Assembly: GCA_021785655.1 (NCBI GenBank)
Contig: JAJYET010000003.1
Span: forward strand, 34,937-98,936
Length of the DNA: 64,000 bases
Direction: 5' to 3'
Origin: a bacterium
GTDB taxonomy: Bacteria > Chloroflexota > Dormibacteria > Aeolococcales > Bog-877
In this document: piece by piece, positions 53,264 to 64,000 of the stretch
Position numbering within the stretch: position 1 is the stretch's first letter
Layout: the number at the start of each line of letters is the position of its first letter
Program-made: the position numbers and the translations under genes
The notes under the pieces: generated by a model
The model's input: the letters and a program-made list of their open reading frames with translations, nothing else
Databases searched by the model: none
What the model was told of the DNA's origin: nothing

Positions 53264-55302
53264 GGCCCCCGGCGGCGCCGGACCGGGCGTCGCTCGCGAG
53301 AGCGTGGCGCCACCGGCCGCGAGGCGCCCGACTCGGCCAGCTGACCCCGGAGCTCGACTACCCGGTCTCGGAGCTGGGCCGCCCGCTCGAACTCCAAGTT
53401 GCCCGCCGCTCTCTGCATTGCGCGCTCCAGATCAAGGACCAGCCGCAGGAGCTCGTCGGGGGGCAGCCCCTGCCGCTCCTGGAACTCCACCGCCTCGGCC
53501 TCGTGGTTGAGCTTGGCCATCTCCTGCTCGCGCACCGCCTTGACGATGGTGGTGGGGGTGATCCCGCGCTCCTCGTTGTAGGCGGCCTGTGCGCGCCGCC
53601 GCCTCTCGGTCTCGCCGATGGTCTGGCCCATCGCGTCCGACACCCGGTCGGCATACATGACCACCCGGCCATGGACATTGCGTGCCGCCCGCCCGGCGGT
53701 CTGGATCAAGGCCCGGGCGCTGCGCAGGTAACCCTCCTTGTCGGCGTCGAGAATCGCGATCAGGCTGACCTCGGGGAGGTCCAGACCCTCCCGGAGCAGG
53801 TTGATGCCCACCAGGACGTCGTAGACGCCGAGGCGCAGGTCGCGGATCACCTCCACCCGCTCCAGGGTGTCGACGTCCGAGTGCAGGTATTGCACCTTGA
53901 CCCCCGTCTCCCGGAGGTAGTCGGCGAGGTCCTCCGCCATCCGCTTGGTGAGAGTGGTGACCAGGGTGCGCTCCCCGGCCGCCGCAGTGCGGCGGATCTC
54001 GGCCAGCAGGTCGTCGATCTGCCCCGCGGTGGGCCGGACCTCGATCTCCGGGTCCAGCAGCCCGGTGGGCCTGATCAGCTGCTCCGCCACCTGCGTCGAT
54101 CTCTCCAGCTCATAAGGCCCGGGTGTGGCGGAGACGTAGATGAGCTGGTTCACGGACGCCTCCCACTCGGCGAAGGTGAGGGGCCGGTTGTCCAGGGCCG
54201 AGGGGAGCCGGAACCCGTATTCCACCAGGGGAAGCTTCCGCGATCGGTCTCCCCCATACATGGCGCCGATCTGCGGCACCGCCACGTGGGACTCGTCCAC
54301 GATCACCACGGTCTCCTCGGGCAGGAAGTCCATGAGGGTGAAGGGCCTCTCCCCCTCGGCCCGGCCGGTCAGGTGGCGCGAGTAGTTCTCGATCCCAGCG
54401 CACGATCCGGTCTCCCTGATCATCTCCAGGTCGAACAGCGTTCGCTGCCGCAGGCGCTGGGCCTCAAGCAGCCGGCCCTGCAGCTCCAGCTCTCGCAGCC
54501 GCCCCTCCAGCTCCTCCTCGATGGCCACCAGCGCCCGCTCCCGTCTGTCGCGGGGGGTGACGTAGTGGCTGGCGGGGAAAACCTGAAGCTCCTCCCGCTC
54601 GGCCAGGATCTCACCGGTCAGGGGGTCGAACTCGACTATCCGCTCCACCTCGTCCCCGAAGAACTCGATCCGGGTGGCCACCTCCTCGTAGGCGGGCTGC
54701 ACGTCGACCACGTCTCCGCGGACCCGGAAGCGCGACCGCCCGAAGTCGACGTCGTTGCGCTGGTACTGCAGGTCGGCGAACTTGCGCAGCAGGATGTCGC
54801 GCCGCCAGCTCTCGTGGCGCCGGACCCGCACCGACTCTCCCAGGTAGTCTTCTGGGGAGCCCACCCCATAGATGCAGGAGATCGAGGCCACCACGATCAC
54901 GTCCCGCCTGGTCAAGAGCGAGCGGGTGGCAGCGTTGCGCAGGCGGTCGATCTCCTCGTTGCGGGAGGAGTCCTTCTCGATGTAGGTGTCGGTCCGCGGC
55001 AGGTACGCTTCGGGCTGGTAGTAGTCATAGTAGGAGACGAAGTACTCGACCGCGTTCTCCGGGAAGAACGCCTTGAACTCGGCCCAGAGCTGGGCCGCCA
55101 GCGTCTTGTTGGGGCTCAGCACCAGCGCCGGCCGTCCCACCTGGGCCAGCACATTGGAGATAGTGAAAGTCTTTCCGCTTCCCGTCACCCCCAGGAGCAC
55201 CTGGTCACGATCGCCCCGCTCCAGTCCCTGGATCAGCGAGGCGATGGCCGCCGGCTGGTCCCCGGTCGGCTCGAAGGGTGATCTCAGGCTCAGCTGGGCC
55301 AC
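53260..55302 (-). CDS. uvrB: Excinuclease ABC subunit B
   Basis: From GTG at 55302, [47 protein letters not shown] matches the E. coli UvrB N-terminus (FKPSGDQPEAI...[12 protein letters not shown]). The remaining 340 upstream codons of the 1021-aa ORF are antisense to the ABC-F gene. Confidence 0.9.
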   Translation of the reverse strand: MAQLSLRSPFEPTGDQPAAIASLIQGLERGDRDQVLLGVTGSGKTFTISNVLAQVGRPALVLSPNKTLAAQLWAEFKAFFPENAVEYFVSYYDYYQPEAYLPRTDTYIEKDSSRNEEIDRLRNAATRSLLTRRDVIVVASISCIYGVGSPEDYLGESVRVRRHESWRRDILLRKFADLQYQRNDVDFGRSRFRVRGDVVDVQPAYEEVATRIEFFGDEVERIVEFDPLTGEILAEREELQVFPASHYVTPRDRRERALVAIEEELEGRLRELELQGRLLEAQRLRQRTLFDLEMIRETGSCAGIENYSRHLTGRAEGERPFTLMDFLPEETVVIVDESHVAVPQIGAMYGGDRSRKLPLVEYGFRLPSALDNRPLTFAEWEASVNQLIYVSATPGPYELERSTQVAEQLIRPTGLLDPEIEVRPTAGQIDDLLAEIRRTAAAGERTLVTTLTKRMAEDLADYLRETGVKVQYLHSDVDTLERVEVIRDLRLGVYDVLVGINLLREGLDLPEVSLIAILDADKEGYLRSARALIQTAGRAARNVHGRVVMYADRVSDAMGQTIGETERRRRAQAAYNEERGITPTTIVKAVREQEMAKLNHEAEAVEFQERQGLPPDELLRLVLDLERAMQRAAGNLEFERAAQLRDRVVELRGQLAESGASRPVAPRSRERRPVRRRRGP

Positions 55303-55365
55303 GTCGCGAGTATGGCAGGGGCGGGCGGGGACGCCCGGAGGCGCCAGCCCTGGGGTAGATGAACC

Positions 55366-57204
<1,839 letters not shown>

Positions 57205-58252
57205 ACCTCCGCGATCCGGGGTCGGACGGCGTTCCAGGAATACTTCTGGCGCACCGCCTCGAGACCCTGCGCCGACACCTCCCGCCAACGGGCGCCATCC
57301 AGCAGCAGAGTCTGCACCGCCTGGCGCATCGCGCCCTGATCCCCTGGGGCCACCAGCGCCACCCCTGTGTCCGCCAGATCGCGCAGCCCGGGCACGTCCA
57401 TCGCCACCACCGGGGTGCCGCAGGCCATGGCCTCCAGGGCGGTCAGCCCCAACCCCTCATATCGGGAGGGCATCACCAGCACGTGCGCCCGCCGGTACGC
57501 CTCCCTCAGCTCGTCATCGCTCACTCGGCCCAGCACCCGCAGGCGGCCCCCCAGTCCTTCGGCCGCGGTCACCGCCGCGTGGAAGAGCACCCCATCTCCA
57601 CATACCTCGGCCTCGAGGTCCGGGTGGTCCGTCAGAAGGCGACGGAACATGGCCACGAAGTACTGCACGCCCTTGGTGGGCACCAGCCGACCCACGAACA
57701 GGATGGTGGACCTGGGCCGATCCTGCTCATCGGGGAAGAGCCAGGCGGTGTCGACCCCCGCCGGGATCACCGAGATCCGCGCCGCAGGCACCCCGGAGTC
57801 CGCCATCAGGGACGCGGCGGTGGAGGGGGAGACCGCGATCACATGCTCAGCGAAGCGGTAGCCCCGGGACTCGAGGTACCCCATGGGCATGGTGGCGATG
57901 CCCCGCCCGTGGGCCGTGCGATAGGTGTGGTGCGAGGTGTAGACGAGAGGCGCATCCGGCGGGTGCCGCCGAAGCAGCACCCCTCCAGGCCCACCCTGGG
58001 CATGCCAGAGGTCGGGGCGGACGGAGTCCGCCACCGCGCGCAACCTGGTGCGCAGAAAGAGGGAGAAGTCCAGAGGGGGGCGCCGGGTGCGATGGGGCAC
58101 CTTCAGCTCCTCCCCCCAGGGGCCGCGCCGCGGCGACACCATCGCCACCTCCCACCCCTCGCGCGGCAGCTCGGCCTCCAAGGAGCCCACGTACCTGCCC
58201 TGCCCCCCGATGGGAGGCAGGTCGTCGAAGGTGAGCACCGCCACCCTGGGAC

Positions 58253-59077
58253 TCATCGCTGGCACCACCGGCAGTAAACGGTGGTTCGCCCGGCAACCCG
58301 CCCGGCGACCAGCGGCCGGCCACAGCGCACACAGGGAAGCCCCGCCCGGCCGTAGACCATGAGTGATTCATAGGCCTCTCCCCGGGCGCCGAACCCATCT
58401 CTGTAGTCCGAGAAGGAGGTGCCGCGCCGTCGGATGGCCTCCCTCATCACCACGGTGAGCGCCGCGGCGAGCCGAGCCCATTGCGACGCGGAGAGCGAGG
58501 CTGCGGCTCGGGTGGGGCGCAGCCGCCCGAGGTAGAGGGCTTCATCGGCGTAGATGTTGCCGCATCCGGCCACCACCTGCTGGTCCAGGAGAAGCGCCTT
58601 CACCGCCCTCCGGCTGCTCCGCACCCGCCCATCCTCCGGCCAGCCGGCGAAGGTGCGGGCCAGCGGATCCGGCCCCAGGGACGGCAAGAGCCCGGCCTTC
58701 GTCAGCTGCCGTGCGGAGCCCAGCAGCACCCGGCCGAAGCGCCGGGGGTCTCGGTAGCGGAGCTCCTGGCCCGAGTCCAGCCTGAGGCGCAGGTGGGTGT
58801 GAGGTCGCACCGGCGCCGCCCCGGGATCCAGGGTCAGTGTCCCGGTCATCCCCAGATGCACCACCAAGTGCTCCCCGCTGGACAGGGGGGCGTGAATGAA
58901 CTTCCCACGGCGACCCAGGACCCCGAAGACGGCGCCCTCGGCGGCGGCCCGGAACGACTCCGCCGAGGGAAACCGCAGGACCACCGGATTCAGGCTCAGA
59001 ACTGCCTCCAGGCGCCGTCCCCGGAGGTGAGGACGCAGGTCGCGCACGATCGTCTCTACCTCGGGGAGCTCGGGCAA
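58253..59077 (-). CDS. fpg: Formamidopyrimidine-DNA glycosylase (Fpg/MutM)
   Basis: MPELPEVETIVRDL (catalytic Pro2/Glu3), H2TH domain, C-terminal zinc finger CVRCGRPL...VYCRWCQ. Confidence 0.85.
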   Translation of the reverse strand: MPELPEVETIVRDLRPHLRGRRLEAVLSLNPVVLRFPSAESFRAAAEGAVFGVLGRRGKFIHAPLSSGEHLVVHLGMTGTLTLDPGAAPVRPHTHLRLRLDSGQELRYRDPRRFGRVLLGSARQLTKAGLLPSLGPDPLARTFAGWPEDGRVRSSRRAVKALLLDQQVVAGCGNIYADEALYLGRLRPTRAAASLSASQWARLAAALTVVMREAIRRRGTSFSDYRDGFGARGEAYESLMVYGRAGLPCVRCGRPLVAGRVAGRTTVYCRWCQR

Positions 59078-59086
59078 GGCTTGAAC

Positions 59087-61759
59087 TCACTGCCTGGCCA
59101 GCCGCAGCGGGACCAGGTCACGCCAGTTGGGGCCTGACTTGAGCTCCACCACCAGGGGCACGGCAAGTTCCATCACCCCCTCCATCGCCGTCCGGGCCAG
59201 GCGACCGACCGCAGCCACCTCCTCTGGGGGCGCCTCGAGCAGGAGCTCGTCATGAACCTGGAGGAGCGCCTGCGCGCGCAGCCCCTCCCTGCGGAGGACG
59301 CGGTCCGCCTCGATCATGCCCAGCTTCATGAGGTCCGCCGCCGACCCCTGCAGCGGCATGTTGATGGCCATGCGCTCGTTGGCCTCCCTCACCTGCCGGC
59401 TGCTGGAGGTGATCTCCGGCAGATAGCGCCGCCGCCCCAGGAGGGTCGCCACGTAACCCTTGGCCCGCGCCTCCTCCCGCACCCCCTCCAGGTAGCCGGC
59501 CACCCCGGCGTAGGTGGCGAAGTACCGAGCGATGAACTCCTCAGCGTCGGCCGGGGGCATTCCCAGGTCACGCGCCAGCCCGTAGCTGGACAGGCCGTAA
59601 AGCACCCCGAAGTTGACCACCTTGGCCATGCGCCGCTGGTCCGGGCTGACCTGGTCCCGCTCCACCCCGAACACCCTGGCCGCGGTGTCCGCGTGGATGT
59701 CGTCTCCCCTGCCGAACGCCGCCAGCAGCTCGGGGTCGCGACTGAGATGGGCCAGGAGTCTCAGCTCGATCTGCGAGTAGTCGGCCGAGACCAGCTCCCA
59801 CCCCTTTTCCCCGGGGATGAATGCCGCCCGGATCCGGCGCCCCAGCTCGGTGCGCACCGGGATGTTCTGAAGATTGGGGTCGCTTGAGGAAAGCCGCCCG
59901 GTGGCTGCGACCGCCTGGTTGAAGCTGGTGTGCACCCGGCCGTCCTCCGGGTCCACCAGGGCGGGCAGCTGGTCCACATAGGTGCTCTTGAGCTTGGTCA
60001 CCTGGCGCCACTCCAGGATCAGCGGGACCAAGGGGTGCTCGTCCCGCAGCCCCTCCAGGGCGTGGGCGTCGGTGGAGCGTCCCGTCTTAGTGCGGCGGGA
60101 GCTGCGCAGCCCCAGCTCGTCGTAGAGGATCGCCGCCAGCTGCTGTGGCGACCCAGGGAGGAACTCACGTCCCGCCAGCCGGAACATCTCCGCCTCCAGC
60201 CCGCCGATCTGGGCCCGGAGCTCGGCCGAGAGCGCCTGCAGCTGGCTCGAGTCCAGCCGCACTCCGGCCCGCTCCATGGAGGCCAGGATCGCTGCCACCG
60301 GTAGCTCGACGGTGCGCAGGAGGTCCTCGCCTCCCGCTTCCCTGAGTCTCGCCCTAAGCCCTGGCAGGACGGAGGCCACGCAGGCGGCCTCCTCCGCCAG
60401 CGTCTCCCGGGTGGACGGGGGTTCCGGCGCCCTGAGCCCTCCGTGCTCTCTGGCGAGGGTGGACAGGCTCGGCGTCCGCCCCCGGGAGTCGCTCAGGTAC
60501 CCGGCGAGAACCAGGTCGAAGTCGACTCCCAGCAGGCTCCAACCAGCGCCCCCCAGCGCCAGCAGGTCCTCCTTGAAGTTGTAGCTGGCCTTGGGCACCG
60601 CGGGGTCTGCCAGCAATCGCCGCACGGGCTCCAGACCCTCGGGGGCCGCTCCGTGGAACGGCACCAGATATGCGCGGGCAGGGTCCCCGGCGATGGCGAG
60701 GGCGGCCACCCGCCCGTGGCGGGGGGGACCGTCGGCGAGAACCCTGATGGCGACGGTGGCCCCGCGACCGGCAAGCTCCCCCACTATCTCCTGGAGCCGG
60801 TCCCTCCCCTCCACCACTTCGGAGTCGGGTGCAGTCGGCACCTCCGCGGCGGCGGCCACTGACCCGGCCGAGGTGGGCAGGCGGGCCACCAGGCTGGGCA
60901 TGCCCAGCTCCTCAAGCAGCTGGCGCGCCGCGCCCCGGTCGTACTCGCTCAGCCGGCAGCGGGTCAGGTCCAGCTGGACTCCGGGGACATCCCTCACGAT
61001 GGTCACCATCTCCCGCCCGAAGAGAGCCTCCTCCCGGTGGGCCTCCAAGGTGCTCCGCACCCTACCCGGAGGCATGGTGGGAACCGAGGCCAGGATCTGG
61101 TCCAGGTCGCCGAACTGCTGGATGAGCTGGGTAGCGGTCTTCTCCCCTATCCCCGGGACCCCGGGGATGTTGTCGCTGGCATCGCCCCTGAGGGCCTTGA
61201 AGTCCACCATCCGCGCCGGGGGAAAGCCATACCGCACCTCGACCGCCTGAGGGTCGTAGACGACTGGGTCACTGGCCCCTCGCCTGCTGGTCTGGACATT
61301 GGTGACCTGGTCCACGAGCTGGATCAGGTCCATGTCGCCGGTCAGGATGGTCGTCTGGCAATCGAGATCGCGGGCCTGCAAGGCCAGGGTGCCCAGGACG
61401 TCATCGGCCTCGAATCCGGGCACGACCTCCGTGGGGATGTTGAGCACGTTGGTGATCAGCTCCAGGACCGGGATCTGGTCGATGAGCTCCTGGGGAGTGG
61501 GCGCCCGATGGGCCTTGTAGGTGGCCAGCTTCCGGTCGCGGAAGGTGGGACCAGGGGGGTCGAAGGCGGCCACCGCGCAGTCGAAGCCCTGGCTCAGGGC
61601 CAGCAGGAGCATGGAGGTGTAGCCATAGGCCACCCGTATCGGCACCCCGTGGCTGTTGGTCATCTCGGGGAGTGCGTGATAGGCGCGGAAGGCCAGCCCG
61701 TGGCCATCGACCAGAAGTAGGCGGGTGCGAGGCATTCCACGAGTCGACATCCCCGCCAT
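59087..61759 (-). CDS. polA: DNA polymerase I
   Basis: TRLLLVDGHGLAFRAYHA (5'-3' exonuclease), a 3'-5' exo-like domain, and polymerase motifs (RRRAKAVNFG-like, VHDELLLEAP). ATG at 61759 (MAGMSTRG) overlaps the upstream methyltransferase stop (TAATG). The 130 upstream ORF-track codons are Arg/Pro/Gly-rich extension. Confidence 0.9.
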   Translation of the reverse strand: MAGMSTRGMPRTRLLLVDGHGLAFRAYHALPEMTNSHGVPIRVAYGYTSMLLLALSQGFDCAVAAFDPPGPTFRDRKLATYKAHRAPTPQELIDQIPVLELITNVLNIPTEVVPGFEADDVLGTLALQARDLDCQTTILTGDMDLIQLVDQVTNVQTSRRGASDPVVYDPQAVEVRYGFPPARMVDFKALRGDASDNIPGVPGIGEKTATQLIQQFGDLDQILASVPTMPPGRVRSTLEAHREEALFGREMVTIVRDVPGVQLDLTRCRLSEYDRGAARQLLEELGMPSLVARLPTSAGSVAAAAEVPTAPDSEVVEGRDRLQEIVGELAGRGATVAIRVLADGPPRHGRVAALAIAGDPARAYLVPFHGAAPEGLEPVRRLLADPAVPKASYNFKEDLLALGGAGWSLLGVDFDLVLAGYLSDSRGRTPSLSTLAREHGGLRAPEPPSTRETLAEEAACVASVLPGLRARLREAGGEDLLRTVELPVAAILASMERAGVRLDSSQLQALSAELRAQIGGLEAEMFRLAGREFLPGSPQQLAAILYDELGLRSSRRTKTGRSTDAHALEGLRDEHPLVPLILEWRQVTKLKSTYVDQLPALVDPEDGRVHTSFNQAVAATGRLSSSDPNLQNIPVRTELGRRIRAAFIPGEKGWELVSADYSQIELRLLAHLSRDPELLAAFGRGDDIHADTAARVFGVERDQVSPDQRRMAKVVNFGVLYGLSSYGLARDLGMPPADAEEFIARYFATYAGVAGYLEGVREEARAKGYVATLLGRRRYLPEITSSSRQVREANERMAINMPLQGSAADLMKLGMIEADRVLRREGLRAQALLQVHDELLLEAPPEEVAAVGRLARTAMEGVMELAVPLVVELKSGPNWRDLVPLRLARQ

Positions 61760-62619
61760 TATGGGAAGTCGCCAGGTGCCTCCAGCCGCTGCGCCAGGTA
61801 CAATCGCGACTCCCAGGTCACGAGATAGCTGTCCCCGGCGGCGTTGATCACCTCCTCGATCGCGGCCAGGAGCAGGTGGCGGCGGGAGGGGGGCAGGCGG
61901 CGGTGGTCGGATTGGGTTGCCATCAGCTCGGCGTAGGCGCGGGCGTCGTAGCGCAGCTCGAAGGTGAATCGCTCCAGCCGGGGCTCGCGAAAGCGCCGTG
62001 AGGCGGCGATCTCCCACCTGCGGTCGAGATCCAGCTCCCCAGGCGCCCGGCCGGCAAGGTCCGGGGCCAGCCGGGTGTAGACGCCGTCCAGCCTGGCGCG
62101 CACCTCCGCGTCCCCCCCAGTGGACCGGTTCCAGATCAGGGCGAGCCATCCCCCCGGGGCCAGAACCGCGGCGGACTTGCCGTACCGGACCTCGGGATCC
62201 ACCCAGTGCCAGGCCTGCGCCGAGATCACCGCACCGAAGTCCGCCCGGTCCGGGCGCCAGTCCTCGAAGGACGAGGCCACGGCCCGGAGCCTTCCGGTTG
62301 GCCCCAGACTCTCCTGGGCCACCGCCATCATCTCCGGGCTGGGCTCAAGGCCAGTCACGTAGAGGCCACGCCGGACGAGCTCCTGGGTGGCTATCCCGGT
62401 GCCCATCCCCACCTCGAGCACGGGATCTCCAGCGCCCAGCCCCGAGACCTCAAGGAACTGGTCGAAGACCGCCGCGGGGTAGCGTGGCCGGCTGCTGTGG
62501 TATCGGTCCGCCACCTCCCCGAACAGCTCGGACACCGCCCGTTCCGACAAGCCGACTCCTCCCGGCGACGCTCCAGGGCGAGGCCGGCCCGAGCCGGCGC
62601 CGGGGCTATCATGGGCCAC
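61759..62619 (-). CDS. Class I SAM-dependent methyltransferase
   Basis: VLEVGMGTGIATQELVRRG (motif I) and AVISAQAWHWVD; 286 aa. It is co-directional with, and overlapping, the polA start. Confidence 0.7.
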   Translation of the reverse strand: MAHDSPGAGSGRPRPGASPGGVGLSERAVSELFGEVADRYHSSRPRYPAAVFDQFLEVSGLGAGDPVLEVGMGTGIATQELVRRGLYVTGLEPSPEMMAVAQESLGPTGRLRAVASSFEDWRPDRADFGAVISAQAWHWVDPEVRYGKSAAVLAPGGWLALIWNRSTGGDAEVRARLDGVYTRLAPDLAGRAPGELDLDRRWEIAASRRFREPRLERFTFELRYDARAYAELMATQSDHRRLPPSRRHLLLAAIEEVINAAGDSYLVTWESRLYLAQRLEAPGDFP

Positions 62620-62686
62620 GAAGGCGGCCCTGGTCCGGGAACCAGCCGGAGGGGATCGTCCCCGACCACCTCAGCGGTGAGGAGCC

Positions 62687-63178
62687 ATGGATCTGATCGA
62701 GATGGCGGTGGACAGCATCCGGATCCACATGCCCAGCGGGCAGCACGTAGTCGTCCTCAAGGAGAAGGACGCCGAGCGGTTCCTCCCCATCTGGGTGGGG
62801 AGCGCCGAGGCCAACGCCATCGCCCTCAAGATGGACGGGATTGACACGGAGCGGCCCGTGACCCATGACCTGATGGCCAACATGCTGGAGGCCCTCGGCG
62901 TGACCATCACCCGGGTGGTGGTCTCCGAGCTCCGCAACGACACCTTCCACGCTCGGATCCTGGGCCGGGTCGGGGGGCGAGACCTGGAGCTCGACTCCCG
63001 GTCCAGCGATGCCATCGCCCTGGCCCTCCGCGTAAACTCGCCCATCTACGTTTCCAGCGAGGTGATGGACCAGGCCGCGGTCATCCCTCGGGGCGAGGAC
63101 GAGGAATCCAAGTTGGAGGTCTTCCAGCAGATGGTCAATGAGATGAACCTCCCGGACCTCGACGATCGGGAAAGCTGA
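62687..63178 (+). CDS. Bifunctional nuclease family protein (BFN/DUF151)
   Basis: VVLKEKDAERFLPIWVGSAEANAIALKMDGIDTERPVTHDLMANMLEALGVTITRVVVSELRNDTFHARI is collinear with the BFN domain. The ATG is preceded by GAGGAG. Confidence 0.7.
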   Translation: MDLIEMAVDSIRIHMPSGQHVVVLKEKDAERFLPIWVGSAEANAIALKMDGIDTERPVTHDLMANMLEALGVTITRVVVSELRNDTFHARILGRVGGRDLELDSRSSDAIALALRVNSPIYVSSEVMDQAAVIPRGEDEESKLEVFQQMVNEMNLPDLDDRES

Positions 63179-63198
63179 TCGGCGGCCGCCCATCCCGG

Positions 63199-63284
63199 GC
63201 CAGCATGGCGGAATGGCAGACGCGGCGGTCTCAAAAACCGTTGGGCGCAAGCTCGTGTGGGTTCGACTCCCACTGCTGGCACCA
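63199..63284 (+). tRNA. tRNA-Leu (anticodon CAA), type II with long variable arm
   Basis: Acceptor GCCAGCA/TGCTGGC, anticodon stem GCGGT/ACCGT with loop CUCAAAA (CAA at 34-36), a long variable arm, T-arm GTGGG-TTCGACT-CCCAC, discriminator A and an encoded CCA. Confidence 0.85.
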
Positions 63285-63543
63285 TTTCCTGATCTCCCCT
63301 GACGGCCGACCACGCTACTCCAGATCTCAGGTGGGGGCACTTGCGGAGCCGTGGTGGGGCATCGTGCTCCAGCCGAGCCTCCCGTTCGAGCCATCTGGAG
63401 CAGGAAGTCGACGGTGTCTACCGCCGCCCGGCTCATGGACTGGGTGACAACTGGGTGCGTGTTCGCGGTGGCCCCTGTCTCGCACCTTGTGGCCACGGAG
63501 GGCCTCCGCCCGCTCTGAGGCGCCCGCGCCCGTCGACCAACGC

Positions 63544-63957
63544 TCAGGGCGCCGTCAGCGCCACGGGGATCGAGATCACGTCGATTCGGGTCCCGTCCTT
63601 CGCGGAGAGGTCGAAGGCTGTGAGCCGCCCGGGACCTGGGAGATCGGTGTGGCATGCGAAGGTGGCGTCGAAGAGGCCGCGCTGCCCCGTCCCAGAGCTG
63701 GCCATCACCGGCTCAGCGAGGACCAGGTTGCCACCGGCGTCCAAGAGCTCGATCCGGAACTGGGCCTCGAAGACATCAGCCGATCCCTCCACCCGAAGCG
63801 AGGTGGAAACGGCGTCTCCGGGGGCCGGTGACTCGACAAGAATCGCCGGAAGCACGGACTCGAAGTCAGACCGCTGCACCGGTGCATCGAGCCGGACGGC
63901 GGCCCCCAGCAAGTGGGTGAACACCTGGCCCTGAAACTGAAACTGGACGCGACTCAC
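63544..63957 (-). CDS. Gmad2 immunoglobulin-like domain protein (C-terminal part; N-terminus may extend beyond the window)
   Basis: SLRVEGSADVFEAQFRIELLDAGGNLVLAEPVMASSGTGQRGLFDATF is Gmad2-like. The listed M at 63957 may be internal, because the window ends at 64000. Confidence 0.5.
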   Translation of the reverse strand: MSRVQFQFQGQVFTHLLGAAVRLDAPVQRSDFESVLPAILVESPAPGDAVSTSLRVEGSADVFEAQFRIELLDAGGNLVLAEPVMASSGTGQRGLFDATFACHTDLPGPGRLTAFDLSAKDGTRIDVISIPVALTAP

Positions 63958-64000
63958 GCCGGGTAGGTGGGTCAGGGTGAACGTGACCTGAGCGACCCTC

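Overview
This window is 64 kb of very high-GC (about 70%) chromosomal DNA, most likely from an actinobacterium-like organism. It is densely packed with genes, many joined by 1-4 nt start/stop overlaps. The ORF track always extends to the most upstream ATG/GTG/TTG, so I moved several starts downstream using homolog N-termini, Shine-Dalgarno sequences and stop/start overlaps.

Content in order along the window:
- 1-7108: glgE - treS - mak(pep2) - glgB on the minus strand, the complete GlgE alpha-glucan pathway. glgB runs off the window start.
- 7173-8570: a PIG-L (LmbE-like) deacetylase and a CsoR-family repressor (minus strand), divergent from a single-domain rhodanese. An AT-rich pseudo-palindromic operator overlaps the rhodanese start.
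- 8623-14059: membrane proteins, an MFS transporter, an AlkA-like glycosylase and an SRPBCC protein.
- 14049-21563: a split phenylacetate (paa) cluster. paaI-paaK are followed by an alkyltransferase-like (ATL) gene and upp on the opposite strand, then paaABCDE.
- 21687-28972: enolase, a flippase-like membrane protein, a Thr/Ser dehydratase, a membrane-anchored Kelch protein, an aspartate aminotransferase and serC.
- 29042-32660: a Pro/Thr-rich protein with a Cys/His-rich tail, overlapped by an orphan Xer-type tyrosine recombinase. Then an SH3b lipoprotein, pyrF and a small zinc-ribbon ORF.
- 32729-37434: tRNA-Pro(GGG) followed by an islet-like stretch. It holds a methyltransferase, a GC-poor remnant, a YciI-like gene, a 770-nt gene-free leader and a compositionally aberrant secreted Cys-rich 577-aa protein. 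It ends at a strong hairpin.
- 37472-43377: der, gpmI, tpiA, pgk, gap on the minus strand.
- 43559-55302: rapZ with a degenerate Walker A motif and no yvcK/whiA, then uvrC and uvrA. glgX plus a long GH57 gene sit between uvrA and uvrB.
- 55366-63957: an ABC-F ATPase, then the minus-strand run methyltransferase - polA - fpg - GT4, a bifunctional nuclease, tRNA-Leu(CAA) and a partial Gmad2-domain gene.

I found no CRISPR array, rRNA, transposase or phage genes.

The best candidates for undescribed biology are:
- the tRNA-Pro-linked islet with its orphan secreted protein and long leader;
- the Pro-rich / His-Cys-tail protein coupled to the Xer recombinase;
- the CsoR-like / PIG-L / rhodanese thiol module;
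- the non-canonical rapZ and uvr-glycogen arrangements.
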